Assembly: GCA_043821645.1 (NCBI GenBank)
Contig: JBDRCO010000095.1
Location: 1-34,169, forward strand
DNA: 34,169 bases
Origin: Pseudomonadota bacterium
GTDB lineage: Bacteria > Myxococcota > JACRCW01 > JAFGSX01
Direction: 5' to 3'
The position numbers were made by a program, and so were the translations under genes. Position 1 is the stretch's first letter, and each line of letters opens with the position of its first letter. Shown piece after piece: positions 17,612 through 26,698 of this stretch. Under the pieces are notes generated by a model. It was not told where the DNA came from, made no database searches, and saw nothing but the letters and a program-made list of their open reading frames with translations.

Positions 17612-18253
17612 ATGACGAAGCTCGTCGCCCTGCCCCGCGGCGCCCTGCGCCATCTCGCCTCGGCGGACGCGCGCCTGGCACGCTGGATGAAGCGCCTGGG
17701 GCCCTTTGCCATGCAACGACAGTCCGGCCGCAGCCACTACGAGCTGCTGGCCCGATCCATCGTGTACCAGCAACTCTCGGGTCGCGCCGCGAGCACCATC
17801 TTCCACCGCGTGTGCCGGCTGACCCCGGGCCCGGGCTTTCCCCGCGCCGACGCGCTGCTCCGGTTCGACGACGACAGGCTGCGGGCCGCGGGTCTGTCGC
17901 GCCAGAAGGTGGCCGCACTGCACGACCTGGCGGCGCATCTCGTCGACGGGCGGCTGCCCCTGCGCTCGATCTCCCGTCTTGGCGACGAGCAGGTGATCCA
18001 GGCCCTGTGTGCCGTGCGCGGCATTGGCCGCTGGACGGCGGAGATGTTCCTGATGTTCAGGCTCGGCCGGCTCGATGTGCTCCCGGCGACCGATCTGGGC
18101 GTGCAGAAGGGCCTGGCCAGGCTGGACAGACTGCCGCGTCTGCCCACGCCGCGCGAGCTGCTGGCCCGCGGGGAGCGATGGCGCCCCTATCGCAGCGTGG
18201 CGGCCTGGTACCTGTGGCGTCTCGTCGACAGCGAGAATGTGGGGGGCTGGTAA
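17612..18253 (+). CDS. alkA: DNA-3-methyladenine glycosylase II (AlkA/HhH-GPD family)
   Basis: SIVYQQLS, GLSRQK, HhH VRGIGRWTAEMFL, PATDLGV and WRPYRSVAAWYLW; no Ada or AlkA N-terminal domains. Confidence 0.9.
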   Translation: MTKLVALPRGALRHLASADARLARWMKRLGPFAMQRQSGRSHYELLARSIVYQQLSGRAASTIFHRVCRLTPGPGFPRADALLRFDDDRLRAAGLSRQKVAALHDLAAHLVDGRLPLRSISRLGDEQVIQALCAVRGIGRWTAEMFLMFRLGRLDVLPATDLGVQKGLARLDRLPRLPTPRELLARGERWRPYRSVAAWYLWRLVDSENVGGW

Positions 18254-18772
18254 CTACTCGCAGACCGCGTCGGCGCCACTCTGGGTCGCCGTGCCCGAGG
18301 TGCCGCAGGTCACCGCGCAGGCGGTGGTATTCGAGGTGTCACAGTCGGTGGCCTTGCAGCCGGTGGCCGGGCACGAGGCCTGGCAGGTCGTGGCCGTGTC
18401 GCAGGCCACGTCGCAGCTGGTGGTGGCGCTGGTGCACACCGTGTTGCAGTCGCCTTCGGCGCCGCAGCCCACCTTGCAGGTCTCGACGCTCGAGCACTCG
18501 ACATTGCAGCTGGTGCCGCCTTTGCACGTGACATCGCAGCTCTTGGCCGTGCCACAGACCACGTCGCAATCATCGCTGTTGGAGCAGTCCACCGTGCACT
18601 CGCTGTCCTTGCCACACACGGCACTGCACGAGCCTTCCTCGCAGGTCATGCCACAGGTTTCACCCTCGGGGCAGGTGCAGACGTTGCTGACGCAGTAGTT
18701 GCCGCCAAGCAGGTCGCAGCCCCACAGCCCGAACGCGAGAACAGCCGCCATACTCACCAGGATGCGCTTCAT
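18254..18772 (-). CDS. Cysteine-repeat lipoprotein (about 10-aa CxxxC repeats)
   Basis: AAGGAG RBS; MKRILVSMAAVLAFGLWGC lipobox; 28 further Cys arranged as about 12 CxxxC units. Confidence 0.85.
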   Translation of the reverse strand: MKRILVSMAAVLAFGLWGCDLLGGNYCVSNVCTCPEGETCGMTCEEGSCSAVCGKDSECTVDCSNSDDCDVVCGTAKSCDVTCKGGTSCNVECSSVETCKVGCGAEGDCNTVCTSATTSCDVACDTATTCQASCPATGCKATDCDTSNTTACAVTCGTSGTATQSGADAVCE

Positions 18773-18823
18773 GGACGTGACTCCTTCGTTCATTGTGCGT
18801 GCCTCGCACGCGGTTGGATAGCT

Positions 18824-20077
18824 TCAGCGCAGGTTTGGTTTCTCGGCCCACAGGCTGGCCAGCTCGATGACCACGCGGCTTGCCGATTCCAGGGCCTCTA
18901 TCGCGATCCACTCCTTCTTGCTGTGGAAGTTGATGCCACCTGCGTAGAGGTTCGGCGTGGGCAGGCCCTTCTCGGTGAGGCGCGCTCCGTCGGTACCGCC
19001 ACGGATCAACTTGAGATGGGGCTCGACGCCAACCCGCTTCACGGCTTCGATGGCGGCCTCGGTGACCCGCGGCGCCTCGTCGAGCTTGTAGCGCATGTTG
19101 CGATACTGCTCGGTGATCTTGACCTCGATCTGGGCCTTGGGATGCAGGTGCAGCACCTCGAGGCGGATCTCCTCGAGCGTGGCCTCGAGGATCTTGAGCT
19201 CCTCGACGGTGAAGGCTCGCACCAGGCACTTGATGGTGACCTCCTCGACGTTGCCCGTCATGGAGTCCGGGTGCAGGTAGTACTCGCGCTGCTCCGTGGT
19301 CTCGGGCGCGCGATGACGAGGCAGACGAGCGATCACGTCCGCGGCGATGCGGACGGCGTTGACCATGATGTTCTTGGCATAGCCCGGGTGCTGGTTGTGG
19401 CCGCGGACCACGATCGTCGCCAGGTCGGCACAGAAGGTCTCGTTCTCGACCTCTCCCTCCTCGCCGCCGTCGACGGTGTAGGCGAGCTGGCAGCCGAAGG
19501 CCGGGATGTCGAAGTGCTCGGTCCCCATCCCGATCTCCTCGTCCGGCGTGAAGGCGATGCGCAGGGTCCCGTGCGGGATCTTGGGGTCGTCGATCAGGGT
19601 CTGCACCGCATGCATGATCGCGGCAACGCCCGCCTTGTCGTCCGCGCCCAGCAGCGTCGTGCCGTCGGTGGTGATGATCTTCTTGCCCTTGAAACGCGCC
19701 AGTTCCGGACACTCGCTGGCCTGGATCACCACGCTCGGGTCCCCGGGCAGGATCACGTCGCCGCCGTCGTAGGTGATGATCTGTGGCTTGACACCCGCGC
19801 CGCTGACCGCTGGCGAGGTATCGACGTGGGCCAGGAAACCCAGCACCGGCACCTTGGCCGTCCGGTCCGCGGGCAGCGTCGACGGGATGGTGGCCATGAC
19901 CACGCAATGATCGCTCAGGGTCACGTCCTGGACACCCAACCCCTTGAGTTCCTCGACCAGCAAGCGCGCCAGGTCAAACTGCTTCGGTGTCGAGGGAGCC
20001 GTGGTGCTTTCCTCGCTGCTCTGGGTATCGATTTTCACGTAACGCAGGAAGCGGTCGACGATGTTCTCGCGTGCCAT
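18824..20077 (-). CDS. pepT: Peptidase T (tripeptide aminopeptidase, M20B)
   Basis: RFLRYVKIDTQS, AHVDT, LLGADDKAG, FTPDEEIG, HPGYAK, IRGGTDG and FHSKKEW; GAGGAG RBS. Confidence 0.97.
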   Translation of the reverse strand: MARENIVDRFLRYVKIDTQSSEESTTAPSTPKQFDLARLLVEELKGLGVQDVTLSDHCVVMATIPSTLPADRTAKVPVLGFLAHVDTSPAVSGAGVKPQIITYDGGDVILPGDPSVVIQASECPELARFKGKKIITTDGTTLLGADDKAGVAAIMHAVQTLIDDPKIPHGTLRIAFTPDEEIGMGTEHFDIPAFGCQLAYTVDGGEEGEVENETFCADLATIVVRGHNQHPGYAKNIMVNAVRIAADVIARLPRHRAPETTEQREYYLHPDSMTGNVEEVTIKCLVRAFTVEELKILEATLEEIRLEVLHLHPKAQIEVKITEQYRNMRYKLDEAPRVTEAAIEAVKRVGVEPHLKLIRGGTDGARLTEKGLPTPNLYAGGINFHSKKEWIAIEALESASRVVIELASLWAEKPNLR

Positions 20078-20329
20078 GCTGCTCTTCTCCTCTGTTCTCC
20101 AGGATGTGGCGTGGTTGGGCACCATAGATCGCGCACGGCTTGCTGGAAAGTGCAGGCAGGTGTGCTGGCGGTTCCATGCCGAGAAGCAGAGCGGACACAC
20201 GTGTGCGCTCGAGGGTCAGGTCCCTTTCGCCGAACAAACCTCGGTGGGCAGCAGCCGTGGCACCGCCACAGGATCCAGGAAACGCCCCGCACATCGAGAC
20301 CAAGGGTCCCCGACATCGCGTCTCACGAT

Positions 20330-21160
20330 CTATCCAAGCAGGCGCAGGATCAGGCGCATCGCGAGGATGATGCCGCCAGCCACCAGGAAGAACAGCAGGA
20401 TCTTGCGACCGGGTCCGGGGGCGACCGGCTCGGGTGGTGGGGGTTCCTCCTCGACGCGAGGAGCACCCGGATCCGGTTCGTCGGGGAGAGCCACCGGTGC
20501 GATCGACTCGCCCGTGGCCACATCGGAGCCCGGGATGTGCGCGAAGGCGTTGAAGTGCGCATCCGCAGCCGAGGCGTCCGCGCGGTCTGCTGCAACGGCC
20601 GCCGATCCGTCCTCCACGCCGTGGGCGTCCTCCCGGGTGGCACCCGCATCCGCGTTGATCGCGTCCGCGGCACGGGCTGCCGCGGCTCCCGCGTCCACGA
20701 CGGGCCTCTCCACGGGTACCCCCAAGGCCTCGAGCAAGGCAGTGCGTCCGATCTGCTCGGCCTCATTGACCGCGCTCAGGCCTGCGGCATTCGTTCGCGT
20801 GGGGTCCGCGCCATACTGGACCAGCAGCTTGATCAGGTCTGCCTCTCGCATGCGCACGGCGAGGAGCAAGGGGGTGTCACCCGCCTGGCCAGGTTGGTTC
20901 ACGTCAACGCCCGCATGCACAATGGCCAGGATCACTTCGAACGCTGCACCTTTGAGAATCGCATGATGCAGCAGCGGCATCTTGCCACAGCGCGCCTTGG
21001 GCACCGAACCCGAGGTCCGCAGCGCCCTCTCAGCCACCGCGAGCTTTCCACTGGCGACGGCCACACACAGATCGGGCGCACGCTTCCTGGCGGCGTGTGT
21101 CGGGGACGACGCCAGCACCAGCAGAATCACAAGGATGCGGGTGAGGGTGTGCTCAGCCAC
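20330..21160 (-). CDS. Ankyrin-repeat protein with signal peptide and C-terminal transmembrane segment
   Basis: GTG start with GGAGG RBS and a TATACT -10 upstream; PLLHHAI, GVDVNQ..GDTPLLLAV and LLVQYGADP ankyrin motifs; Pro-rich linker then KILLFFLVAGGIIL. Confidence 0.8.
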   Translation of the reverse strand: MAEHTLTRILVILLVLASSPTHAARKRAPDLCVAVASGKLAVAERALRTSGSVPKARCGKMPLLHHAILKGAAFEVILAIVHAGVDVNQPGQAGDTPLLLAVRMREADLIKLLVQYGADPTRTNAAGLSAVNEAEQIGRTALLEALGVPVERPVVDAGAAAARAADAINADAGATREDAHGVEDGSAAVAADRADASAADAHFNAFAHIPGSDVATGESIAPVALPDEPDPGAPRVEEEPPPPEPVAPGPGRKILLFFLVAGGIILAMRLILRLLG

Positions 21161-21268
21161 GTGAGACCTCCAGCCTCAGTATAGTCCAGGCCTCCTGCCT
21201 CTGGTCGAGGTCTGCGTGCGTGCAGGGAGGTGAACCACTTGGTGTGCCAGGCACGCTGCCCGGGTGCA

Positions 21269-22060
21269 TCAGGACGTGGTCAGGCCGCCATCGGACGCCA
21301 GGTGTGACTCCGCTTCGGGTTCGCGTCCGACGCGCAGCGATGAGGCAATGGCCTCGCGCGTGGCTGCCATCAACCGTTTGCGCTGTGCGCGCTCGCCGTT
21401 CCGCTCGACGGCAAGCGAGGGATGGATGACGATGTCCATCACCCCGGGCCGCAGCTTGAGCGAACCTTTTCGGAAGATCTGCCGCCCACCGTTGACGGTG
21501 ATGGGAAGGATGGGCACGCCGGCGCTCTGGGCCAGGGCGAAACCGCCGGTCTTGAAGTCGATGAGACGGCCATCGGGGCTGCGCGTCCCCTCGGGGAAGA
21601 TGAACACAGAGCATCCAGCGCGGATCTTCTCGCCCGCCAGGCGCAGGCTCTCCAGCGCCTTCGCGCCATGACCGCGGTCGATGTAGATGTGGCCCTGGCG
21701 CAGACCGCTGAAGCCGATGAGTGGTATCTTCCGGATCTCGTGCTTCATCACCCAGGCCAGCTGCAGCGGCAGGTAGGCGATCAGCGCCCACACGTCGACG
21801 AGGCTCTGGTGGTTGGCCATGGCGACGTAGGGCTGCCCCGGCGCGATGTACGCGGCCCCCTCGACGCGCACCCGCACGCCCGTGAAGAACAGGTTGTAGC
21901 GAGACCAGGTGCGTGCCACCAGGTAGGTCGCCCGCGGGTCCGTGGTGACCAGCGAGATCGCGATGGCGACCAGCGCTGCCACGCCCGTATTGACGACGAC
22001 ATGCACCAGGTGCAGAACGCTGTAGGCTGCAAACAGAAGGTATCCGAGCTGAAGCCACAT
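21269..22060 (-). CDS. plsC: 1-acyl-sn-glycerol-3-phosphate acyltransferase (lysophospholipid acyltransferase family)
   Basis: NHQSLVD (HxxxxD), YIDR, FPEGTRS, FKTG and PILP motifs; N-terminal TM segment. Confidence 0.9.
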   Translation of the reverse strand: MWLQLGYLLFAAYSVLHLVHVVVNTGVAALVAIAISLVTTDPRATYLVARTWSRYNLFFTGVRVRVEGAAYIAPGQPYVAMANHQSLVDVWALIAYLPLQLAWVMKHEIRKIPLIGFSGLRQGHIYIDRGHGAKALESLRLAGEKIRAGCSVFIFPEGTRSPDGRLIDFKTGGFALAQSAGVPILPITVNGGRQIFRKGSLKLRPGVMDIVIHPSLAVERNGERAQRKRLMAATREAIASSLRVGREPEAESHLASDGGLTTS

Positions 22061-22227
22061 CTGAGGTCGGCCCTCCGTGCGACCCCATCCTAGAAACGCC
22101 GAGCCCGTGATTCAAGGGGGGAGTCTTGCGGACCTGCGTGTTTCCGTTGTGACGATCCTGTGAAGGCCACACGACCAATCCGCGCGATGTGCCTGCTATG
22201 CTGTGGCGCAGGACAGCACACACCATC

Positions 22228-24432
22228 ATGATTGCTCGCACCGCCACCGCGCCGGAACCCGATGCGCCAGCCCTGCCGGAGAGCCTGCCGTTCTGGCTGG
22301 TCTACCTGCTGCGGCCGCTGGCGATCTTTCGCGCGGCCCGGCGCCGGGATCTGCTGCCAGATCTGCTGGCGGGTTTCACCGTCGCTGCCGTGGCCATCCC
22401 CCAGGCCATCGGCTACGCGGTGCTGGCTGAGCTTCCGCCCTCGTTCGGACTGTACACGGCGGCCACCGCGGCCATCGTGGGCGCCCTGTGGGGATCCTCG
22501 CGCGTCCTGGCCACCGGGCCCACCAACGCCACCTCGCTGCTCGTGCTGTACATGTTGCTGCCCCTGGCGGCCGTCGACACGCCGCGTTTCTTGCTGGCCG
22601 CCAGTGCCCTGGCGGTCATCACCGGGGTCTTCCGCATCGCCCTGGCCCTGCTGCGCTTCGGCGCCATCATCACCCTGACCTCGCGCTCGGTGCTGCTGGG
22701 TTTCACCTCGGGCGCGGCCGTGCTGATCGTGATCGGGCAGCTGCGCAACCTGCTGTGCATCCCGGTGCCCTTCAGCCCCGATGTGCTCGACAACTTGCGC
22801 GCCATCGCCCAGCGTCTGCCCGAGACGCATGTCCCCAGCCTGGTCATGGGCCTGGGCACGGCCGCTCTCATCGCCGTGGCCAGCCGGCTCGGCAAGCGCA
22901 TCCCGGGAGCGCTTCTCGCCTTGGTGGCGGCGGCCATCGCAGTTCCCTTGCTGGGATTGGACACGGCGATCCGGGTCGTCGGAGAAGTGCCGCGCTCCCT
23001 GCCGCCCCTGACCTGGACCTCGCTGAGTTCGTTGCCCGACCTCGAGCTGATCCGGCAACTGGTGATACCGGCCATGGCCGTTTCTGCCCTCGGACTCGTC
23101 GAGGCCGTGGCCGCAGCGCAGACCCTGGGTCGCCAGCGCGGCGAACGCATGGACAGCAACCAGGAGTTCTTTGGCCAGGGCCTGGCCAACGTCGTCGCAG
23201 GCCTGTTCTCGGGCTATCCCTGCTCGGGATCCCTCACCCGATCATCGCTCAACCACACGGCGGGCGCTCGCAGTAGCCTGTCCAGCGTGTTCACGGGCCT
23301 GATCCTGCTGACCACCTTGCTGGTCCTGGCACCCCTGGCCAGCCACATCCCACGCCCCGCCCTCGCCGGCGTGCTGCTGGTGGTGGCCTGGAACATGTTC
23401 GACGTGTCCGCCCTGCGCCGGGTGTTTCGCACCTCGCGCGCCGAGGGCGTGATCCTGGCTGCCACCTTCGTCGCCACCCTGACGCTGCCGCTGGAGTTCG
23501 CCATCCTCTCCGGGGTGCTGTTCTCGCTGGCCTACTTCGTGTTGCGCTCCAGCCTGCCACGCGTCTACCCGGTGGTGCCCGAGCCCACCTTCCGCCACTT
23601 CGTCGAGAACCCCGGGCTGCCGGTCTGTCCGCAGGTCGGCATCCTCAACATCCGCGGTCCTTTGTTCTTCGGCGCCGTTCACCACGTCGAGGAGGCCCTC
23701 AAACACAACCTCGAAGATCATCCAGGCCAGAGCACCCTGGTGCTGCGCATGCATGGCGTGGAGATCTGCGATCTGACCGGGGTCGACATGCTGGAGGCCA
23801 CGGCGCGCCACTACCGCGACCTGGGTGGCGACCTGTTCCTGGTGCGACCGCACCCCCCCGTGCTCAACGTGCTGCGCAGCTCCGGCTTCTTGGCCTTCCT
23901 GGGCGAAGATCACATCCTCAAGCAGGAGGATGCGGTCGAGCACCTGTTCGAGCACAGCATCGACCCGCAGGTCTGTGCCTTCGAGTGCGAGCACAGGGTG
24001 TTCGCCGAATGCCAGGCCATCGAGAAGCACAGCTACGACGAGAAGGTGGCCCCCCACGGCTTTCACCACCTGGACCCGGATCTGCTCCTGGGCCCCTACC
24101 TTGCACAGCAATACATCGACACGGTGCACCCGGTGCTGGTGGACGTGCGCGAACCCGTGGAACATCAGCGCGCGCGCATCCCCGGCTCCTCCCTGTTGCC
24201 GCTGCGCGAATTGCTCGACCGCTTCATCGAGATCCCCCAAGACCGTCCCGTGCTCCTGTACTGCCGCTCGGGACGGCGCTCGGCGCGGGCCATGCACATC
24301 TTGCAGGACCTCGGCTACAGCAACGTCCATGCCCTGCAGGGAGGGATCCTGGCCTGGCGCGCGGCGGGGCGCCCCTTCGAGGAGGGCGGGATGGACACCC
24401 GGCCCGCAAGCCCAGCGACAGCGCTGGACTGA
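22228..24432 (+). CDS. SulP/SLC26 anion transporter with STAS domain and C-terminal rhodanese domain
   Basis: DLLAGFTVAAVAIPQAIGYA, GLY, TGPT, NQEFFGQGLAN and GSLTRS; STAS GPLFFG..DLTG; rhodanese DVREP.E...RIPG, YCRSGRRS, LQGGILAW. Confidence 0.93.
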   Translation: MIARTATAPEPDAPALPESLPFWLVYLLRPLAIFRAARRRDLLPDLLAGFTVAAVAIPQAIGYAVLAELPPSFGLYTAATAAIVGALWGSSRVLATGPTNATSLLVLYMLLPLAAVDTPRFLLAASALAVITGVFRIALALLRFGAIITLTSRSVLLGFTSGAAVLIVIGQLRNLLCIPVPFSPDVLDNLRAIAQRLPETHVPSLVMGLGTAALIAVASRLGKRIPGALLALVAAAIAVPLLGLDTAIRVVGEVPRSLPPLTWTSLSSLPDLELIRQLVIPAMAVSALGLVEAVAAAQTLGRQRGERMDSNQEFFGQGLANVVAGLFSGYPCSGSLTRSSLNHTAGARSSLSSVFTGLILLTTLLVLAPLASHIPRPALAGVLLVVAWNMFDVSALRRVFRTSRAEGVILAATFVATLTLPLEFAILSGVLFSLAYFVLRSSLPRVYPVVPEPTFRHFVENPGLPVCPQVGILNIRGPLFFGAVHHVEEALKHNLEDHPGQSTLVLRMHGVEICDLTGVDMLEATARHYRDLGGDLFLVRPHPPVLNVLRSSGFLAFLGEDHILKQEDAVEHLFEHSIDPQVCAFECEHRVFAECQAIEKHSYDEKVAPHGFHHLDPDLLLGPYLAQQYIDTVHPVLVDVREPVEHQRARIPGSSLLPLRELLDRFIEIPQDRPVLLYCRSGRRSARAMHILQDLGYSNVHALQGGILAWRAAGRPFEEGGMDTRPASPATALD

Positions 24433-24501
24433 GTCTTCACTCCTTTCACAACGCGGCGCCCTGGCCAGACTTGCCGTGCACCTGTCCCGCGCTAGATAGG
24501 C

Positions 24502-24524
24502 CCACATCGAACTTTTCGATGTGG
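24502..24524. promoter_or_regulatory. Perfect 10-bp inverted repeat, candidate MarR operator
   Basis: CCACATCGAA-CTT-TTCGATGTGG; its end overlaps the GGAG RBS (24523-24526) of the MarR gene. Confidence 0.65.
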
Positions 24525-24535
24525 AGTTTTTTGAC

Positions 24536-24991
24536 GTGCCCACCCACCACCGCGGAACAGCCCGGGAGAAGCGTGCCCTGGACACCTTCATTCGCCTGTC
24601 CCGGGCCATGGAGACCGTGACCGCGCGGATCAACGCCGAGATCGCAGGCTACGGCCTGACCCCCAGCCAGTTCATGGCCCTGGAGGCGCTGTACCATCTG
24701 GGCCCTCTGGGCGTGGGCGAGATCGGGAAGAAGATCCTGCGCTCGAGCGGCAACCTGACCCTGGTGGTGGACAACTTGGTCAAGGCCGGCCACGTGGTTC
24801 GCCAGACCGACCCGGCAGACAGACGGCGCGCGGTGCTGGAGCTCTCCCCTTCGGGGCGCGTGCTGATGAAGAAGGCTTTCCCGGGTCACGCGCGCTTCAT
24901 CACCAACCTGATGTCGGAGCTCACGGCGGGTGAGCAGGACCAACTGGGTCTGCTCTGCCGCCGACTCGGGGTGGGCATCGCGTCGCGATGA
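24536..24991 (+). CDS. MarR-family transcriptional regulator
   Basis: GTG start (MPTHHRG) with GGAG RBS; GLTPSQF..LEALYHLGPL, SSGNLTLVVDNL and DRR wing motif. Confidence 0.93.
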   Translation: MPTHHRGTAREKRALDTFIRLSRAMETVTARINAEIAGYGLTPSQFMALEALYHLGPLGVGEIGKKILRSSGNLTLVVDNLVKAGHVVRQTDPADRRRAVLELSPSGRVLMKKAFPGHARFITNLMSELTAGEQDQLGLLCRRLGVGIASR

Positions 24992-25045
24992 CCCGTTTTA
25001 TAACGCAGTGCTGCGCGCCAGATGGCGTCGCAGCCGGAGGAAGTC

Positions 25046-25630
25046 TTGAAAAAGCAGCTCGTCTCGTTTGCCCTCGCCTTCGCCTTCGTCGTGCCCTCCG
25101 CGGCCTCGGCCGCCCAGTGGGACGTGGACCCCGCGCACAGCCAGGCCAACTTCTCGGTGCGCCACATGACAGTGAGTACCGTGCGCGGCACCTTCACCGG
25201 CATCAGCGGCACCTTTGACATCGACGAGAAGGACCCGACCAAGGGCCAGATCGACGTCGCCATCGACGTCAACACCGTCGATACCAAGGTCGAGAAGCGC
25301 GACCAGCACCTCAAGAGCCCGGACTTCTTTGACCCGGCCAAGTACCCTGCCATGACGTTCAAGGCCACCAAGATCACCGGCAAGAAGGGCAAGTACAAGG
25401 TCCACGGCGACCTGACCATTCGCGACAAGACCAAGCCGGTGGTGCTCGACGTCACCACCACCGGTCCCGTCAAGAGCCCCTGGGGTCAGACCGTGGTCGG
25501 GGTCGAGGCCACCACCACGATCAATCGCCAGGACTTCGGCGTGGCCTGGAACAACAAGCTCGAGACCGGCGGCCTGGTTGTGGGCAACGAGGTCAAGATC
25601 GATCTGGCGCTCGAACTGATCAAGAAGTAA
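25046..25630 (+). CDS. YceI-family (polyisoprenoid-binding) secreted protein
   Basis: TTG start after GGAGG; signal peptide; WDVDPAHS..FSVRH, VRGTF, RDQHLKSPDFFD..KYP, GDLTIR and INRQDFG. Confidence 0.95.
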   Translation: MKKQLVSFALAFAFVVPSAASAAQWDVDPAHSQANFSVRHMTVSTVRGTFTGISGTFDIDEKDPTKGQIDVAIDVNTVDTKVEKRDQHLKSPDFFDPAKYPAMTFKATKITGKKGKYKVHGDLTIRDKTKPVVLDVTTTGPVKSPWGQTVVGVEATTTINRQDFGVAWNNKLETGGLVVGNEVKIDLALELIKK

Positions 25631-25646
25631 GGGCGCGGGCGCCGCG

Positions 25647-26582
25647 TCACTTCAACGCGTTGAGCACGTCGTCAGCAGTCTTGATCTGGTAGGCCGACAG
25701 GTCCCGGGGCTTGGGGTTCTTGGGGTCGCTCCAGTCGTAGAAGCCCTTGCCGTTCTGCGAGCCGAAGGCGCCGTCCTTGACCATGCGCGCCACCATCAGC
25801 GGCGGGTACATGCGCGGGTCGTCGGTGTTCTGGTACATCTCGACGCCGATGCGCAGGATGGTGGGCAGCGAGATGAAGTCCGCCAGCTTGAACACGCCCT
25901 GGGGGTGACCCAGCGAGGTGGTCAGGCCGTTGTCGCCGTCCTCGATGCTGATCTCGCCCTGCTCGAGAAAGCGGATGGCGTCGGTGAGGTAGGGCACCAG
26001 CAGGCGGTTGACCCAGAAACCCGGGATGTTGGGTGCCAGGAAAGGCACCTTCTTGAGCTCGAGCAGCATCTTGCGCGCGAACTCCACGGTCTCGGCGCTG
26101 GTGTCCTTGCCCGGTACCACCTCGACGCCGCTCATCATGGGCACCGGGTTCATGCCGTGGGTGATGATGCTGCGCTCGGGCCGGCCCGCGGCGGCAGCCA
26201 TGACGTTGATGTCCAGGCTCGAGGTGTTGCTCCAGAAGTACACGCTGGCGGGGAGCTTGGGCACGATGTCCGACAGCAGCTCGCACTTGAGCTTCATGTC
26301 CTCGAACACGCACTCGAGCAGCACGGCGCAGCCCTTGGCCGCGTCGACAAAGGCGCCGCGCTCGGCGTGGGTGTGGATCAGGGCCCCGACCTTGGCCGGC
26401 AGCTCGGGATCGTCGATCTTGGCGCGCTTGGCTGTCTTGCCCGCCAGCTTGGTGCAGAAGTCCAGCACGCCGTCGAGGGTGGCGGAGTTGGTGTCGTGGC
26501 AGTGCACCTCGTGACCGCCCATGGCGAACTGGGTGATCCAGCCGCGGCCCATGACGCCCGAACCGATGATCGCGATCTTCAT
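25647..26582 (-). CDS. 3-hydroxyacyl-CoA (3-hydroxybutyryl-CoA-like) dehydrogenase
   Basis: AAGGAG RBS; MKIAIIGSGVMG, E.VFE..K, SNTSSL, catalytic H.MNP..VEVV, PGFWVNRL and G.GFY. Confidence 0.9.
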   Translation of the reverse strand: MKIAIIGSGVMGRGWITQFAMGGHEVHCHDTNSATLDGVLDFCTKLAGKTAKRAKIDDPELPAKVGALIHTHAERGAFVDAAKGCAVLLECVFEDMKLKCELLSDIVPKLPASVYFWSNTSSLDINVMAAAAGRPERSIITHGMNPVPMMSGVEVVPGKDTSAETVEFARKMLLELKKVPFLAPNIPGFWVNRLLVPYLTDAIRFLEQGEISIEDGDNGLTTSLGHPQGVFKLADFISLPTILRIGVEMYQNTDDPRMYPPLMVARMVKDGAFGSQNGKGFYDWSDPKNPKPRDLSAYQIKTADDVLNALK

Positions 26583-26698
26583 GACCTTCTCCTTGGTGTG
26601 CGTGGGACGGGGGCGATCTTGTGGATCGCGGCCCCCGGGGTCAAGGCTGGTGCGATGCGAGCGTTCCGCTTTGCGCGCCAACAGACGAGGCCCGAGAG

